From Thermoplasmata archaeon (GTDB taxonomy: Archaea > Thermoplasmatota > Thermoplasmata > Lutacidiplasmatales > UBA184), in assembly GCA_030038605.1 (NCBI GenBank), contig JASHSU010000037.1, positions 1 through 55,584 on the forward strand: a stretch of DNA of 55,584 nucleotides, in the 5' to 3' direction. Within the stretch, counting starts at the first letter, position 1; every line of letters begins with the position of its first letter. This document shows, one piece after another, positions 10,650 to 20,522 of the stretch. Below the pieces are notes generated by a model. It was not told where the DNA came from. It ran no database searches and worked only from the letters and a program-made list of their open reading frames with translations. The position numbers and the translations under genes were made by a program.

Positions 10650-10668
10650 GCTGCGCCGCAGCACGCGT

Positions 10669-10700
10669 TTGTAAAAAAGCGTTCACGGGTTGCTCACGGG
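10669..10700 (-). promoter_or_regulatory. Putative TATA box of the thermopsin-like gene with upstream direct repeat
   Basis: TTTTTTACA on the - strand about 20-30 nt before ATG 10649; TCACGGG at 10683-10689 and 10694-10700. Confidence 0.5.
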
Positions 10701-10938
10701 GCTGAGACGCAGAACCGGCGCGCCGTCCACTTCCACTGCGCGAAAACCGCGGAGCCGGATCGGGCGACTGACGGAGACCTTACGCATGGATACGTGTAGC
10801 TCGGTGGTCTTCACCGCCGCGCGTTCTCACCTTTCGCGGAGAGTTGTGACGGATTCTCCTCGTCCGCTCGCGCGGTCCCGCCCAAATCTCTCCGTCTGAA
10901 AGCCAACGTTCATCCGTGACGCCGGACGTCGTTCCAGT

Positions 10939-12171
10939 GTGCGACGTCGGTCGTCGACCCTCAGTTGGACATGGTGGGCCCTGATCACCGGGGTGGTCGG
11001 GTCCGTCGTCGCCGTGGCGGTCGTAGGGACGGTCCTCCAGCCGAGCCCGACCAGCTCCACCGGAACGACGGCGCCGGACCCGAGCCCGCCGAGTCCCCCG
11101 CCGGCGTTGCCGTCGTGCCTGACCAATGACCCCCTGGTTCCGGACCCGGGGGGTCCGCACGGCCTGTTCGTGCTGAACCCCCCGAACGGCCCGCACAACG
11201 CGTACTACGGGGACGTCCAGGAGTACCTCCTCCACAACCCGGCGCTCTGCGGGGCCGATTTCTGGGTCCCCTGGTCGAGCGTCGACCAAGGTCCCGGCTC
11301 CTCCCCCGAATTCAACTTCAGCGCCGTGGACGCCAATGCGGCGCCCTGGATCGCGGCCGGCAAGCAGGTCAACCTGATCTTCGAGATGATCGGCGGGACC
11401 CCGAACTACGTGCCCGCGTCCGTGCTCGCGTCCGTCCCCACGTTCTCCTGCGGGGGCTCGGTCACCACGCCGGTGGAGTGGAACGCGACGTTCGAGCAGG
11501 ACTACCAACAGTTCATCGCCGCCGCGGTCCACCACTTCGACGCCGAGCGCGGGTTCGGGTACATCCGCTTCGACCTGTCGGTCTCCGGCTCCCTCGCTCC
11601 GGTCGACAACATCGACGCGTCCGGGTGCAACGCCACGCTGACGAGCTACGGGTTCAACCTCGGGGTCTGGACCGCCTACCTCGACGGGATGCTCAACTTC
11701 CAGCATTCGCTGGCCCCGTCGGTCGGACTCATCACGCCGATCAGTCCGGTCTACCCGAACGCGGGGGACAACGTCAGCGGGGCGATCTCCGCCGTGGCGG
11801 CGGCGGACGGGATCGGCATCGGCAGCGAGGGCCTGCGGGCGAACGACTCCTCCGGGGCCGTCGGGGGCATCGGGTGCGGCGGTCACGGCTGGTGCTACTA
11901 CTTCGCGAAGTACGCCGGCATCGTGCCGCTCGAGCTGCAGACCGAGGCCGCCTCCTCTCCCAACGGTTCGGGCCCCGTCGGCTCGTTAACCCAGCTCCTG
12001 CCGTTCGGTCTCAGTCAGCGAGCTCAGGTCTTCGAACTGTACCTGGACGACTGGCTGACCGCGTTCGACCCGAACTATCCCGCCTACGCCGAGTACCACG
12101 CCGAGTACGGCGCGGCGATCAACGAGACGGCGGACGAGGTCGGTTTCGTCCCGAGCGAGCTGCCGGGCTAG
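10939..12171 (+). CDS. Membrane-anchored extracellular glycoside-hydrolase-like (clan GH-A/GH42-like TIM barrel) protein
   Basis: N-terminal TM, Pro/Ser linker, VPWSSVD...FNFSAVD...W..AGKQVNL, PVEWNATF...YQQFI. Confidence 0.65.
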   Translation: MRRRSSTLSWTWWALITGVVGSVVAVAVVGTVLQPSPTSSTGTTAPDPSPPSPPPALPSCLTNDPLVPDPGGPHGLFVLNPPNGPHNAYYGDVQEYLLHNPALCGADFWVPWSSVDQGPGSSPEFNFSAVDANAAPWIAAGKQVNLIFEMIGGTPNYVPASVLASVPTFSCGGSVTTPVEWNATFEQDYQQFIAAAVHHFDAERGFGYIRFDLSVSGSLAPVDNIDASGCNATLTSYGFNLGVWTAYLDGMLNFQHSLAPSVGLITPISPVYPNAGDNVSGAISAVAAADGIGIGSEGLRANDSSGAVGGIGCGGHGWCYYFAKYAGIVPLELQTEAASSPNGSGPVGSLTQLLPFGLSQRAQVFELYLDDWLTAFDPNYPAYAEYHAEYGAAINETADEVGFVPSELPG

Positions 12172-13073
12172 AACGACCGGACCGGGCCGCCCATCGTTCG
12201 GTGGAGCTCCTCCCGGGTGGAGTGCGCCGCGATCAGGATGAGGATCGCTCCGACGACATTCAGCAGCGGAAAGAGGAGCAGGATGGCTCCGATCCGGTAG
12301 GCGTCGGACCCGTATCGGGACCCGAACCGCCAGACTCCGATGAGGCAGCCGATGTAACCGACCAGGCCGATGACACTGCCCGCGAGGAGGGCCAACAGCC
12401 CGAGAACCGCCGCGGTCAAGCCGGGGCAGTTGGCGAGCGTCGTCTGGTTCGTGCTCGTGGACGTGCAGTCGAAGAAACTCTGGTACCCCACGAACAGCGG
12501 GTAGACGCCGGCCAGGACGAGGACCAGGCCCACGATGAGCAGGATCGACAGCGTGGAGGGGGTCGAGAAGCGGACATCGACCGGAGTCAGCGTGCGGAAC
12601 GCGAACCGGAGCAGCAGGGTGGTCGTCACGCCCACCGCCCCATCGATCGCGAGAAGCAGGTAGAACTCCCAGCGGATGGTGATCGCCGGGTTCGCCCCGG
12701 TCGTCGTGGCGATCCCGAGGATCCCGGGGACGAACAACGCCGCCGCGGCGATGAGACCGCCGGCCAGGACCGAGACCGAGGCCCAGAGCAGATAGGTCAC
12801 GGCTTGGAGGTCGACCGCGCGCGTCGCGGGCGTCGGCCCCGGGAGGGGCATCACCGGTCCCGGCATCCCGTACGGCGGGTAGTACCCGGGCGGCGGGCCG
12901 GGCGGCGGAGGCACCGAACCCGACGGTATCGAGTAGATGCCCGGCGCCGACGGCGCCCCCGCGGGCGTGGCCGCGGCCGCGAGGGGGGGTCGGAGCGACG
13001 CGCCGCAGAACGGACAGAACGTCGCACCGACCGGCGCGAGGCCCCCGCACCGGGGACACGGGCTCGATCCCAT
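12168..13073 (-). CDS. Zinc-ribbon membrane protein (DUF973-like)
   Basis: CPRCG...FCPFCG, Pro-rich linker, about 5 TM helices, GVWRFGSRY...YRIGAILLLFP. Confidence 0.8.
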   Translation of the reverse strand: MGSSPCPRCGGLAPVGATFCPFCGASLRPPLAAAATPAGAPSAPGIYSIPSGSVPPPPGPPPGYYPPYGMPGPVMPLPGPTPATRAVDLQAVTYLLWASVSVLAGGLIAAAALFVPGILGIATTTGANPAITIRWEFYLLLAIDGAVGVTTTLLLRFAFRTLTPVDVRFSTPSTLSILLIVGLVLVLAGVYPLFVGYQSFFDCTSTSTNQTTLANCPGLTAAVLGLLALLAGSVIGLVGYIGCLIGVWRFGSRYGSDAYRIGAILLLFPLLNVVGAILILIAAHSTREELHRTMGGPVRSF

Positions 13074-13218
13074 CGGCGCGCCATCGGTCCTCCCGTTCTT
13101 AAGACGGAGGCTGGAGGACCGGTTCCTCTCGAGGAACCCTGGTTACCCGGAGGGGAGCAGGCGGCGGGCCGCGGGCCGCTCCTTTATCTCGGTCCCGCCC
13201 CTCGAACGGTGAGGTTCC

Positions 13219-14094
13219 ATGTCCGACCCCCTCCGCTCGATCGAGAAGCGATTTCCCGGGGTGCCGACCCTTGAGGGCGCCGGGGTGCGCCTGCGACGAT
13301 CGTTCTCCAACCCCGAAGTACCCCTGTTCGACCCGTTCCTCCTCCTGGACCGGTTCGGTTCAACCAACCCCGCCGACTACATGGCCGGATTTCCCTGGCA
13401 CCCGCACCGGGGGATCGAGACGGTCACCTACGTCCTCGACGGGCGCGTGGCCCACGGGGACACGCTCGGAAACGAGGGCGTCATCGGCCCCGGGGATGTG
13501 CAGTGGATGAACTCCGGGAGCGGCATCATCCACCAGGAGATGCCCCAGCGCACCGAGGGACTGTTCGAGGGGTTCCAGCTCTGGGTGAACCTGCCGGCCA
13601 AGGAGAAGATGTCCGTCCCGGCCTACCGGGGTCTTACGTCCCAGGACTTTCCTACCGTGACCTCCGACGAGGGCGCCCGGGTGAAGGTCGTCGCCGGCGA
13701 GTTCGGCGGGTCGCACGGCCCGGTCGAGGGGATCCCGGTCGACCCGACCTACCTGGACGTCACGGTTCCGCCGGGTCAGCCGTTCGAACTCCCGACGCAT
13801 CCGGGCTACACCGCGTTCGCCCACGCCGTCGACGGGTCCGGCACGTTCGCCGGCACCGATACCGGGCCGGTGGCGGCCGGAGAGACGGTCCTGTTCGGGC
13901 CGGGCCGGGGCGTCCAATCCCGCGCCGGGCCGGACGGCTTCCGCTACCTGCTCGTCACGGGGCGCCCCTTGCACGAGCCCGTGGCGTGGTACGGACCGAT
14001 CGTCATGAACAACCGCTCGGAGCTCGTGACGGCGATGCAGGAGCTCGACCGCGGGGAGTTCATCCACCACCGGCGGCCGATCGTCGAGGAGTAG
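13219..14094 (+). CDS. Pirin family protein
   Basis: EGAGV, DPFLLLD, GFPWHPHRGIETVTY, GIIHQEMP, FQLWVNLP, GPIVMN. Confidence 0.96.
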   Translation: MSDPLRSIEKRFPGVPTLEGAGVRLRRSFSNPEVPLFDPFLLLDRFGSTNPADYMAGFPWHPHRGIETVTYVLDGRVAHGDTLGNEGVIGPGDVQWMNSGSGIIHQEMPQRTEGLFEGFQLWVNLPAKEKMSVPAYRGLTSQDFPTVTSDEGARVKVVAGEFGGSHGPVEGIPVDPTYLDVTVPPGQPFELPTHPGYTAFAHAVDGSGTFAGTDTGPVAAGETVLFGPGRGVQSRAGPDGFRYLLVTGRPLHEPVAWYGPIVMNNRSELVTAMQELDRGEFIHHRRPIVEE

Positions 14095-15121
14095 ACAACT
14101 CGCGGGTCAGCGCGTCGAACGCGTGACCCAGCACCCGGGCGGACCGGGACAGCTCACGCTCGGAAACCCACTCGTGCGCCGTGTGGTCCCGGTGCGGGTC
14201 GCCCGGACCGTACGCGGCACCCCCCACCTTCCAGGCCGGGGCGACGAGGTTCAGGTCGGACGTCCCGGATTTCCGCCATAGGGTGGGGCGACCGCCCTGC
14301 GCACGGACACCGGCTTCCAGCGCGCGCACGACCGCGTTGGATCGGTCGACCTCGATCGGGTCGAGGCGGACCTCCACCGATAGGCCGGGCCGGCCGGGTT
14401 CCTTCGGAAGGGACTCCAGGAAGGCGCGAGCCCGTTGACCCGGCGGAAGACGGGCATCCAATGTCACCGTGGCCCTCGTGGTATCGTCCCCGGCACTGCT
14501 CCAGCCGATGACCTTGAGCGACGCCGAGCGGAAGGGCGACGGTCCCGGGCTCAGGGCAGGCAGGCCACGGACCGCCTGAACCCACCCGAGCGCGACGTCC
14601 TCCACGGTCGGTCGGGGGGACGAGAAGTGGGTGCGATGGCCGCGGAACGTGGCGGTCCACCGGACATCACCCTTGTACCCGACGGTGATGCCGTCCCATC
14701 GGCTCGGTTCTCCGGCGATCACGGCGTCGACATCCCGTCGGCGGAGCAGATGCCGGGCGCCCCGGCTGTCCGTCTCTTCGCCGACGGCCGCGATGACTTC
14801 GACGGACCCGGTCCCCTTCCACCGGCCCGCGGCGATCAGCGCCGCGGCCAACGGGCCCTTCGCGTCGACCGCGCCGCGTCCGTAGACTCGACCGTTCCGT
14901 CGGACCACGGGGCGGCGTCCCGGCACCGTGTCGATGTGGCCGAGAAAGACGACGCGGGGGCGCCCACGACCCGCACGGGCCACGCCGTTGCCCGCCGCAT
15001 CGACGATCGCCGAGAGGCCCAAGCCCCGGGCGATACGGACGAACGTGCGCACGGCCGGGGCCTCGTGGCCGCTCGGGCTGTACGCCCGGAGGAGCCGAAG
15101 GAGCACGCCCGCTTCATCCAT
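14060..15121 (-). CDS. lysK: [LysW]-ornithine/lysine hydrolase (M20 peptidase, ArgE role)
   Basis: YSPSGHE, GHIDTVPG, GRGAVDAKGPL, VGEETDSRGA, GTSDLN, YGPGD...DHT; last gene of the LysW operon. Confidence 0.92.
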   Translation of the reverse strand: MDEAGVLLRLLRAYSPSGHEAPAVRTFVRIARGLGLSAIVDAAGNGVARAGRGRPRVVFLGHIDTVPGRRPVVRRNGRVYGRGAVDAKGPLAAALIAAGRWKGTGSVEVIAAVGEETDSRGARHLLRRRDVDAVIAGEPSRWDGITVGYKGDVRWTATFRGHRTHFSSPRPTVEDVALGWVQAVRGLPALSPGPSPFRSASLKVIGWSSAGDDTTRATVTLDARLPPGQRARAFLESLPKEPGRPGLSVEVRLDPIEVDRSNAVVRALEAGVRAQGGRPTLWRKSGTSDLNLVAPAWKVGGAAYGPGDPHRDHTAHEWVSERELSRSARVLGHAFDALTRELSTPRRSAAGGG

Positions 15122-16259
15122 GGACGATCGCCTCCTCGACCGCTTCGAGCCCCGCGCGGAGGTCGTCCTCGGCGATCACGAGCGGTGGGAGCAGGCGAAG
15201 TACCGTCGCACCCGCCGGCAACGCGAGGAACCCCTGGCGCTCCAGCCGCTCCAGGACCGGCGCGACCCGGTCCCGCAGCTCGATCCCGATCATGAGCCCT
15301 AGACCTCGGACCTCGCGGACCGACTCGGGAGGCAACGCCCGCAAGCGGCCCTGAGCCATCGCTCCGAGGCGCTCGGCCCGCTCCCAGAGTTTCTCGCGCA
15401 GGGTAACGTCCAGGGCCGCCACGCCCGCCGCGCACGCGAGCGGGTTCCCGCCGAACGTGGAGTGGTGGCTCCCGTGGAAGCGCTCCCGGACCGCCTCGGT
15501 GGTCACGGTCGCGCCGATCGGTACCCCTCCGGCCAGCGACTTGGCCAGGGTGAGGACGTCCGGCACCACGCCCCACCGCTCGAATGCGAACATCCGCCCG
15601 GTCCGGGCCAGCCCCGTCTGGACCTCATCGAAGCCGAGCAGCGCGCCGGTCGCCTCCGTCCGAGCCCGGGCCGCGCGCAGGTAGGACGCGTCGGCGACGT
15701 GCACCCCGCCTTCACCCTGGACCGGCTCGAGGAGCACCAGTGCCGTCGACTCGTCGACCGCCGCCTCCAGCGCCGGAACGTCGTTGAACGGTACGTGAAC
15801 GAAGTCGGGGACGAGCGGCTCGAACCCCTCCCGGAACTCCTTCCGCCAGGTGGCGCTCAGAGCCCCGTAGGTGCGGCCGTGGAATCCCCGCATCGCCGCG
15901 ACGACCTTCGGCCGGCCGGTCGCGGCCCGGGCGAACTTGATCGCGGCCTCGACCGATTCGGTGCCCGAGTTGGAGAGGAAGATCCGGTGCAACGACGGCG
16001 GCAGGCAACCGGCCAGCCGCTCGAGGAACTCGCCCCGAACCGGGACGTCGTACCCGGTTCCTAGGTAGAGGAGTTCGGCGGCCTGGCGCTGGATCGCGTG
16101 AACCACCGCCGGAGGCGAGTGTCCCAGATTGCCCACCCCATGGGAGACGCCGAGGTCGGTGTACCGCCGTCCCTCCTGGTCCCAGAGGAAGGCCCCCTCG
16201 CCCCGGACGAGCACGGGCCCGGGGCGGCTCCGCGGGAAGTAAGCGATCGGCTCCGTCAT
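15114..16259 (-). CDS. lysJ: [LysW]-semialdehyde transaminase (class III PLP, ArgD role)
   Basis: [53 protein letters not shown]. Confidence 0.93.
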   Translation of the reverse strand: MTEPIAYFPRSRPGPVLVRGEGAFLWDQEGRRYTDLGVSHGVGNLGHSPPAVVHAIQRQAAELLYLGTGYDVPVRGEFLERLAGCLPPSLHRIFLSNSGTESVEAAIKFARAATGRPKVVAAMRGFHGRTYGALSATWRKEFREGFEPLVPDFVHVPFNDVPALEAAVDESTALVLLEPVQGEGGVHVADASYLRAARARTEATGALLGFDEVQTGLARTGRMFAFERWGVVPDVLTLAKSLAGGVPIGATVTTEAVRERFHGSHHSTFGGNPLACAAGVAALDVTLREKLWERAERLGAMAQGRLRALPPESVREVRGLGLMIGIELRDRVAPVLERLERQGFLALPAGATVLRLLPPLVIAEDDLRAGLEAVEEAIVHG

Positions 16260-17050
16260 TGGAAGACCGTGCCCGCCCCGCCCAGCGCGCGGGCGACCGG
16301 GTCGGGGCCCGCGGAGGCTCCGATGACGACCGTCGGGATACCGCCCCGCAGGGCTTCCTGGGCGGCGACGACCTTCTTGTGCATCCGCCCGCCCGCGAAC
16401 GGCAGGACCGAATCGACGTCGGTTCGGGCCACCCGCGCGATCAACGTGGACGGGTCGTCCGGGACCCGGCGCAGCCCCTCGACGTTCGTCAGGAGCACGA
16501 GAGCGTCCGCGTGCAGGGCGACCGCGACGGCCGCCGCGACCCGATCGGCATCGACGTTCAGGAGCTCCCCGCCCTCCCCCAGGGCGGGCGGCCCGAGGAC
16601 CGGCAGATACCCGGCGTGGATCAGGAGCTGGAGCGGTTGGGGGTCCACGGAGGTCAACGTACCGGACCGGTCGTCCGCCACGCGGACCACGCGGCCGTCC
16701 ACGACGGCACGCGCCCCCTCCTTGCGCCGGGCCCGGAGCACGCCCGCGTCGGCGCCGGAGAGGCCCACTGCGGCCCGTCCGCGGCCGGCGAGTCCGGCGA
16801 CCAACCGCGTCTGCACCGCCCCGGCGAGCGCGAGGACGACGACCTCCAAATGCTCCGGCGTGCTCTTCCGCGAGACGACGCCGCTCGGCGTGGTGTAGTT
16901 CTCCGGGGGACGCCCGAGCAACGTGCCGAGCCGGTCCACCTCCTCGGACCCGCCGTGGACCAGCACGCAGTCCGTCCGATGGGCGAGCTCGTCCAGCACG
17001 GGGTCGAGCCGGTTGCCGGCCGCGCCCCCGACCTTGACGACGATCGTCAC
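16256..17050 (-). CDS. lysZ: [LysW]-glutamate/aminoadipate kinase (ArgB role)
   Basis: GTG 17050 after GGAGG; IVVKVGG, VHGG, PSGVVSR, LNVDADR, GRMHKKV. Confidence 0.92.
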   Translation of the reverse strand: MTIVVKVGGAAGNRLDPVLDELAHRTDCVLVHGGSEEVDRLGTLLGRPPENYTTPSGVVSRKSTPEHLEVVVLALAGAVQTRLVAGLAGRGRAAVGLSGADAGVLRARRKEGARAVVDGRVVRVADDRSGTLTSVDPQPLQLLIHAGYLPVLGPPALGEGGELLNVDADRVAAAVAVALHADALVLLTNVEGLRRVPDDPSTLIARVARTDVDSVLPFAGGRMHKKVVAAQEALRGGIPTVVIGASAGPDPVARALGGAGTVFQ

Positions 17051-17058
17051 ACCGCCTC

Positions 17059-18084
17059 CTAGATCGGGTGGAGGCCGAGAAAGTCGAGACCGGTCGTTTC
17101 GGGGAACCCGGCGCGCAGATTGAAGCACTGGACGGCCCCGCCGGCGGCGCCTTTCATGAGGTTGTCCAACGCACCGAGCGCGACGATCCGCTGGGCGTGG
17201 GGGTCGACCGCGAACCCGACCTCACAGAGGTTCGTCCCGGCCAGGATCTTGGGCTCCGGTTCCCGGTAGACGCCGTCCGCCTCGTGGACGATGCGGACGA
17301 ACGGTTCCTCCCCATAGGCGGCCCGGTACGCCCGCCACAACGCCTTGTCGTCGACCGGCTGCGCCGCCGGGGCGTGGACAGTGGCCAGGACCCCCCGGAC
17401 CGCTTCCACCCCGTGACAGCTGAGCGCGACCGGGACTCCGGTCTCCTGTTCGATCTCGGCGGTGTGACGGTGCCCGGTGGGCGCGTACGCCCGCATCACG
17501 CCCGACCGCTCGGCGTGGAGCCCCGCGGGCCCCGCGTCGCGACCGCTCGCGGAGGAGCCGGACTTGGCGTCCACCACGACCGGGCCGGCACCGACCCAGC
17601 CGGCCGCGACCAGCGGGCGGAGCGCGAGGATCGAGGCCGTCGCGATGCATCCGGGGACCGCGATGATCGCGGCGGTGCGCAGCTCGTCCCGGTGGAGCTC
17701 CGGCAGCCCGTAGACCGACTTCGGCAGGAGGTCCGGGTGCGGATGGGGTCGGCCGTAGTACGTCGGGTATTGCTCGGGGTCATGCAGTCGATAGTCCGCG
17801 GAGAGGTCGATGACCAGACCACCGGAGTGGAGCAGTTCCGGGACCCGCTCCATCGACTCCCCGTGGGGGGTCGCGACGAACGTCGCGTCGGCCCGGCCGA
17901 GCGACGCATGGGGAGTGAAGCGCAGGGGGCTCACCTTGCGCAGGTTCGGGTGGGCTCGCGAGACCGCCTGACCCGCCATCGAGTCGGACGTGACCTGGAC
18001 GACCTCGACGTCCGGATGCCGCACGAGCAGGCGCAGCAGCTCGCCTCCGACGAACCCGGAGCCGCCGACGACGGCGACCTTCAT
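17059..18084 (-). CDS. lysY: [LysW]-glutamyl-phosphate reductase (ArgC role)
   Basis: VGGSGFVGGELLRLL, IDLSADYRL, YGLPEL, PGCIATA, DNLMKGAAG. Confidence 0.95.
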   Translation of the reverse strand: MKVAVVGGSGFVGGELLRLLVRHPDVEVVQVTSDSMAGQAVSRAHPNLRKVSPLRFTPHASLGRADATFVATPHGESMERVPELLHSGGLVIDLSADYRLHDPEQYPTYYGRPHPHPDLLPKSVYGLPELHRDELRTAAIIAVPGCIATASILALRPLVAAGWVGAGPVVVDAKSGSSASGRDAGPAGLHAERSGVMRAYAPTGHRHTAEIEQETGVPVALSCHGVEAVRGVLATVHAPAAQPVDDKALWRAYRAAYGEEPFVRIVHEADGVYREPEPKILAGTNLCEVGFAVDPHAQRIVALGALDNLMKGAAGGAVQCFNLRAGFPETTGLDFLGLHPI

Positions 18085-18932
18085 CGGCGACCGACTCCGA
18101 CCGCGTAGTCGACGATCGCTCCCGCGACGTCCGCGCCGGTCGCTCCGGCCAGCGCCTTGAATTCCGGGGTCGGGTTGACTTCGTGAACGACCAGCCCCTC
18201 GGGCGACTCCATGAGGTCGACCGCCAGGACCCCGCCCCCGACCGCCGCCGCGGCGCGGAGCGCGAGGTCGCGGAGCTCGGGCGTCAGGGCGGCGGACTCG
18301 GTCGTAGCGCCTCGGGCCGCGTTGGTCCGCCAGTCGGACGAGTGCCGGTACATCGCGGCGACCGGCTGGTCGCCGACGACGAACACGCGCAGGTCACGGT
18401 CCGGCTTGCGCACGTACTCCTGTACGTAGATGACCGAGTGGATGGGCGACGTGAGCGCCGCCTTGTGCTCCAGGATCTGCTCGGCCTCCTCCCGGTCGTC
18501 GACCTTGGCCATCAGGCGGCCCCAGGAGCCGACCGCCGGCTTGAGGACGACCGGGTAGCCGATCGTCTCGATGGCCCGCATCGCCGCTTCCGGCGAGAGG
18601 GCGACCACCGTGCGGGGGGTGGGGATGCCCCGCTCCGCAAGACGGAGCGACGTGAGCACCTTGTCGCCGGCCAGCTCGGTGACCTCGGGGGTGTTGACCG
18701 TCGGGACGCCGTAGTGGGCGTAGCACCGCGTCGCGTAGAGCGAACGGGTGTGGCTCACCGACCGGTTGAGGACGACGTCGGGGAGGCCCTCGGGCTTGGT
18801 CAGCCCGAAGGTCGTTTCGCCGTCGTCGATCCGTTGGACGGCGACCCCGCGTGCCTCCGCGGCGGCGAGAATCGCCTTCTCTTCGGGTCGGACGATGGTG
18901 CAGAAGACCCCGAGCGTGAACCCGTCACTCAC
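18081..18932 (-). CDS. argX: Glutamate--LysW ligase (ATP-grasp, LysX/ArgX family)
   Basis: KPAVGSWGRL, YVQEYV.KPDRD, WRTNAARG, HEVNPTPEFKAL; located in the argGH operon. Confidence 0.88.
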   Translation of the reverse strand: MSDGFTLGVFCTIVRPEEKAILAAAEARGVAVQRIDDGETTFGLTKPEGLPDVVLNRSVSHTRSLYATRCYAHYGVPTVNTPEVTELAGDKVLTSLRLAERGIPTPRTVVALSPEAAMRAIETIGYPVVLKPAVGSWGRLMAKVDDREEAEQILEHKAALTSPIHSVIYVQEYVRKPDRDLRVFVVGDQPVAAMYRHSSDWRTNAARGATTESAALTPELRDLALRAAAAVGGGVLAVDLMESPEGLVVHEVNPTPEFKALAGATGADVAGAIVDYAVGVGRR

Positions 18933-19086
18933 CCCAATCCTCGGCTTCCTTGGGCGCGGTCTGGACGGCGAACGGCTCGAGGGTCGTGACCTCGAGGTCC
19001 GTCCCGCAGTCGACGCAGGGGAAGATCTCGCCCGCGATCAGGTCGTGGTTCACTACGGCGGCTTCGCATTCGGGACACAGGGTCAT
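18925..19086 (-). CDS. lysW: Amino-group carrier protein LysW/ArgW (53 aa)
   Basis: Manual translation MTLCPECEAAVVNHDLIAGEIFPCVDCGTDLEVTTLEPFAVQTAPKEAEDWGE: two CxxC and the diagnostic C-terminal EDWGE. Below the ORF-track cutoff. Confidence 0.97.
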   Translation of the reverse strand: MTLCPECEAAVVNHDLIAGEIFPCVDCGTDLEVTTLEPFAVQTAPKEAEDWGE

Positions 19087-20504
19087 TTTCGTTCCTCTTG
19101 GAGGATTTCCTCGACGAGCCCGACCTTCCGGTCGAGCGAGGACAGGGAGTGCCGGCGGCCTTCGAGGGCCGTCCGGGCTTGGGTAAGCTGCTGCTGCAAC
19201 GCGAGAGGCCCAGGACCGCCGGTCGTGGAGCGGCGACCCAGCGAATCGGACGCGGTCAACGACCGGCCGAAGGCAGGGTCCGCGCCCGGGATCTCGCCGA
19301 CCTGGGCGGGGTCGAGGCGGCCGCCCGCGGTGCGATAGTGGGCGGCGACCGCCTCGTGCGCTGGGCGGAACGCGACCCCCCGCGCGACCAGGTGCTCCGC
19401 GATATCGGTCGCGTAGAGCTCGGGGTCCTCCGACGCGGCCACGAGTCGGGCGTGGTCGAAGACCAGGCCCTGGACGAGCGTGGTTAGAGCGACCAGGCCG
19501 GCGCCGACGGTCGCGAGGGCGTCCTCGACCGGCGCCTTGTCCTCCTGGAGGTCGCGGTCGTAGGCGAGAGGCAGCCCCTTCAACGTGACCAGGAGGGCGA
19601 CCAGGTCGCCGACCACGCGGCCGGACTGGCCGCGGAGGAGTTCGGCGGCGTCGGGGTTCCGCTTCTGCGGCATGAGGCTCGAGCCGGCGCCGAGCGAAGA
19701 GCTCCGGTCCAGGAACCCGAATTCAGGAGAGGCGAACAGGACGACTTCCTCTGCGAATCCGCTCGCGTGGACCGCGAGCAGCGCGAGGTCGAACAACAGC
19801 TCGGCGAACGGGTCGCGGTCGCTGACCGCGTCGACGGAGTTGGCGAACGGCCGGTCGAACCCGAGCCGGGTCGCGACCGCGGCGGGGTCGGTCTTGAGCG
19901 TGGAGCCCGCGAGGGCGCCCGCGCCGAGCGGGGAGACGTTGGCTCGCTCGACCGTGGCGAAGAGGCGGTCCAAATCCCGGTCGAAGCGCCAGAAGTGGGC
20001 GAGGAGGTGATGGCCCACGGTGACCGGCTGGGCCCGCTGCAAGTGGGTGTAGCCCGGCATCGGGGTGGCGATCTCGGCGCTCGCTTGGTGGAGCAGCGCC
20101 TCCTGAACGGCCAGGAGCCGGTGCGCCACCTGAGCGAGGGCCGCGCGCAGGAACAGGCGCTCGTCCAACGCGACCTGGTCGTTCCGGCTCCGAGCCGTGT
20201 GGAGCTTGCCCGCAGCCGGTCCGACCAGTTCCCCCAAGCGGACCTCCACATTCGTGTGGACATCCTCGAGCTCGTCCCGCCAGGGGAAGTGACCCGTCCG
20301 GATCTCCGCGGCAATGAGGCGGAGACCGCTGACGATCACCGAGGTCTCCTGCGGCGACAGCCATCCGGACGCTCGGAGCATCTCGGCGTGAGCGATACTG
20401 CCGGCCACGTCGTACGGGGCCAGGGCTCGGTCGACGGCGAGCGAGTTGAGGAATGTACCGAACGGAGTTCGGACGTAGACGGGGGTCGAAGAAGAATCGG
20501 TCAT
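19083..20504 (-). CDS. argH: Argininosuccinate lyase
   Basis: EDVH, LHTARSRNDQV, MPGYTHLQRAQP, GSSLMPQKRNPD, YDRDLQEDK. Confidence 0.97.
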   Translation of the reverse strand: MTDSSSTPVYVRTPFGTFLNSLAVDRALAPYDVAGSIAHAEMLRASGWLSPQETSVIVSGLRLIAAEIRTGHFPWRDELEDVHTNVEVRLGELVGPAAGKLHTARSRNDQVALDERLFLRAALAQVAHRLLAVQEALLHQASAEIATPMPGYTHLQRAQPVTVGHHLLAHFWRFDRDLDRLFATVERANVSPLGAGALAGSTLKTDPAAVATRLGFDRPFANSVDAVSDRDPFAELLFDLALLAVHASGFAEEVVLFASPEFGFLDRSSSLGAGSSLMPQKRNPDAAELLRGQSGRVVGDLVALLVTLKGLPLAYDRDLQEDKAPVEDALATVGAGLVALTTLVQGLVFDHARLVAASEDPELYATDIAEHLVARGVAFRPAHEAVAAHYRTAGGRLDPAQVGEIPGADPAFGRSLTASDSLGRRSTTGGPGPLALQQQLTQARTALEGRRHSLSSLDRKVGLVEEILQEERK

Positions 20505-20522
20505 GATGCGCCCCTCGAGGGG

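Noticed and set aside
14060..14094. Convergent 3' overlaps (pirin/lysK; also 12168-12171)
   Set aside because: Common in compact GC-rich archaeal genomes; no further signal
14060..19086. Calling the cluster a lysine biosynthesis operon
   Set aside because: It is linked to argG/argH, lacks homocitrate-pathway genes and has an ArgX-like signature; bifunctionality is not excluded
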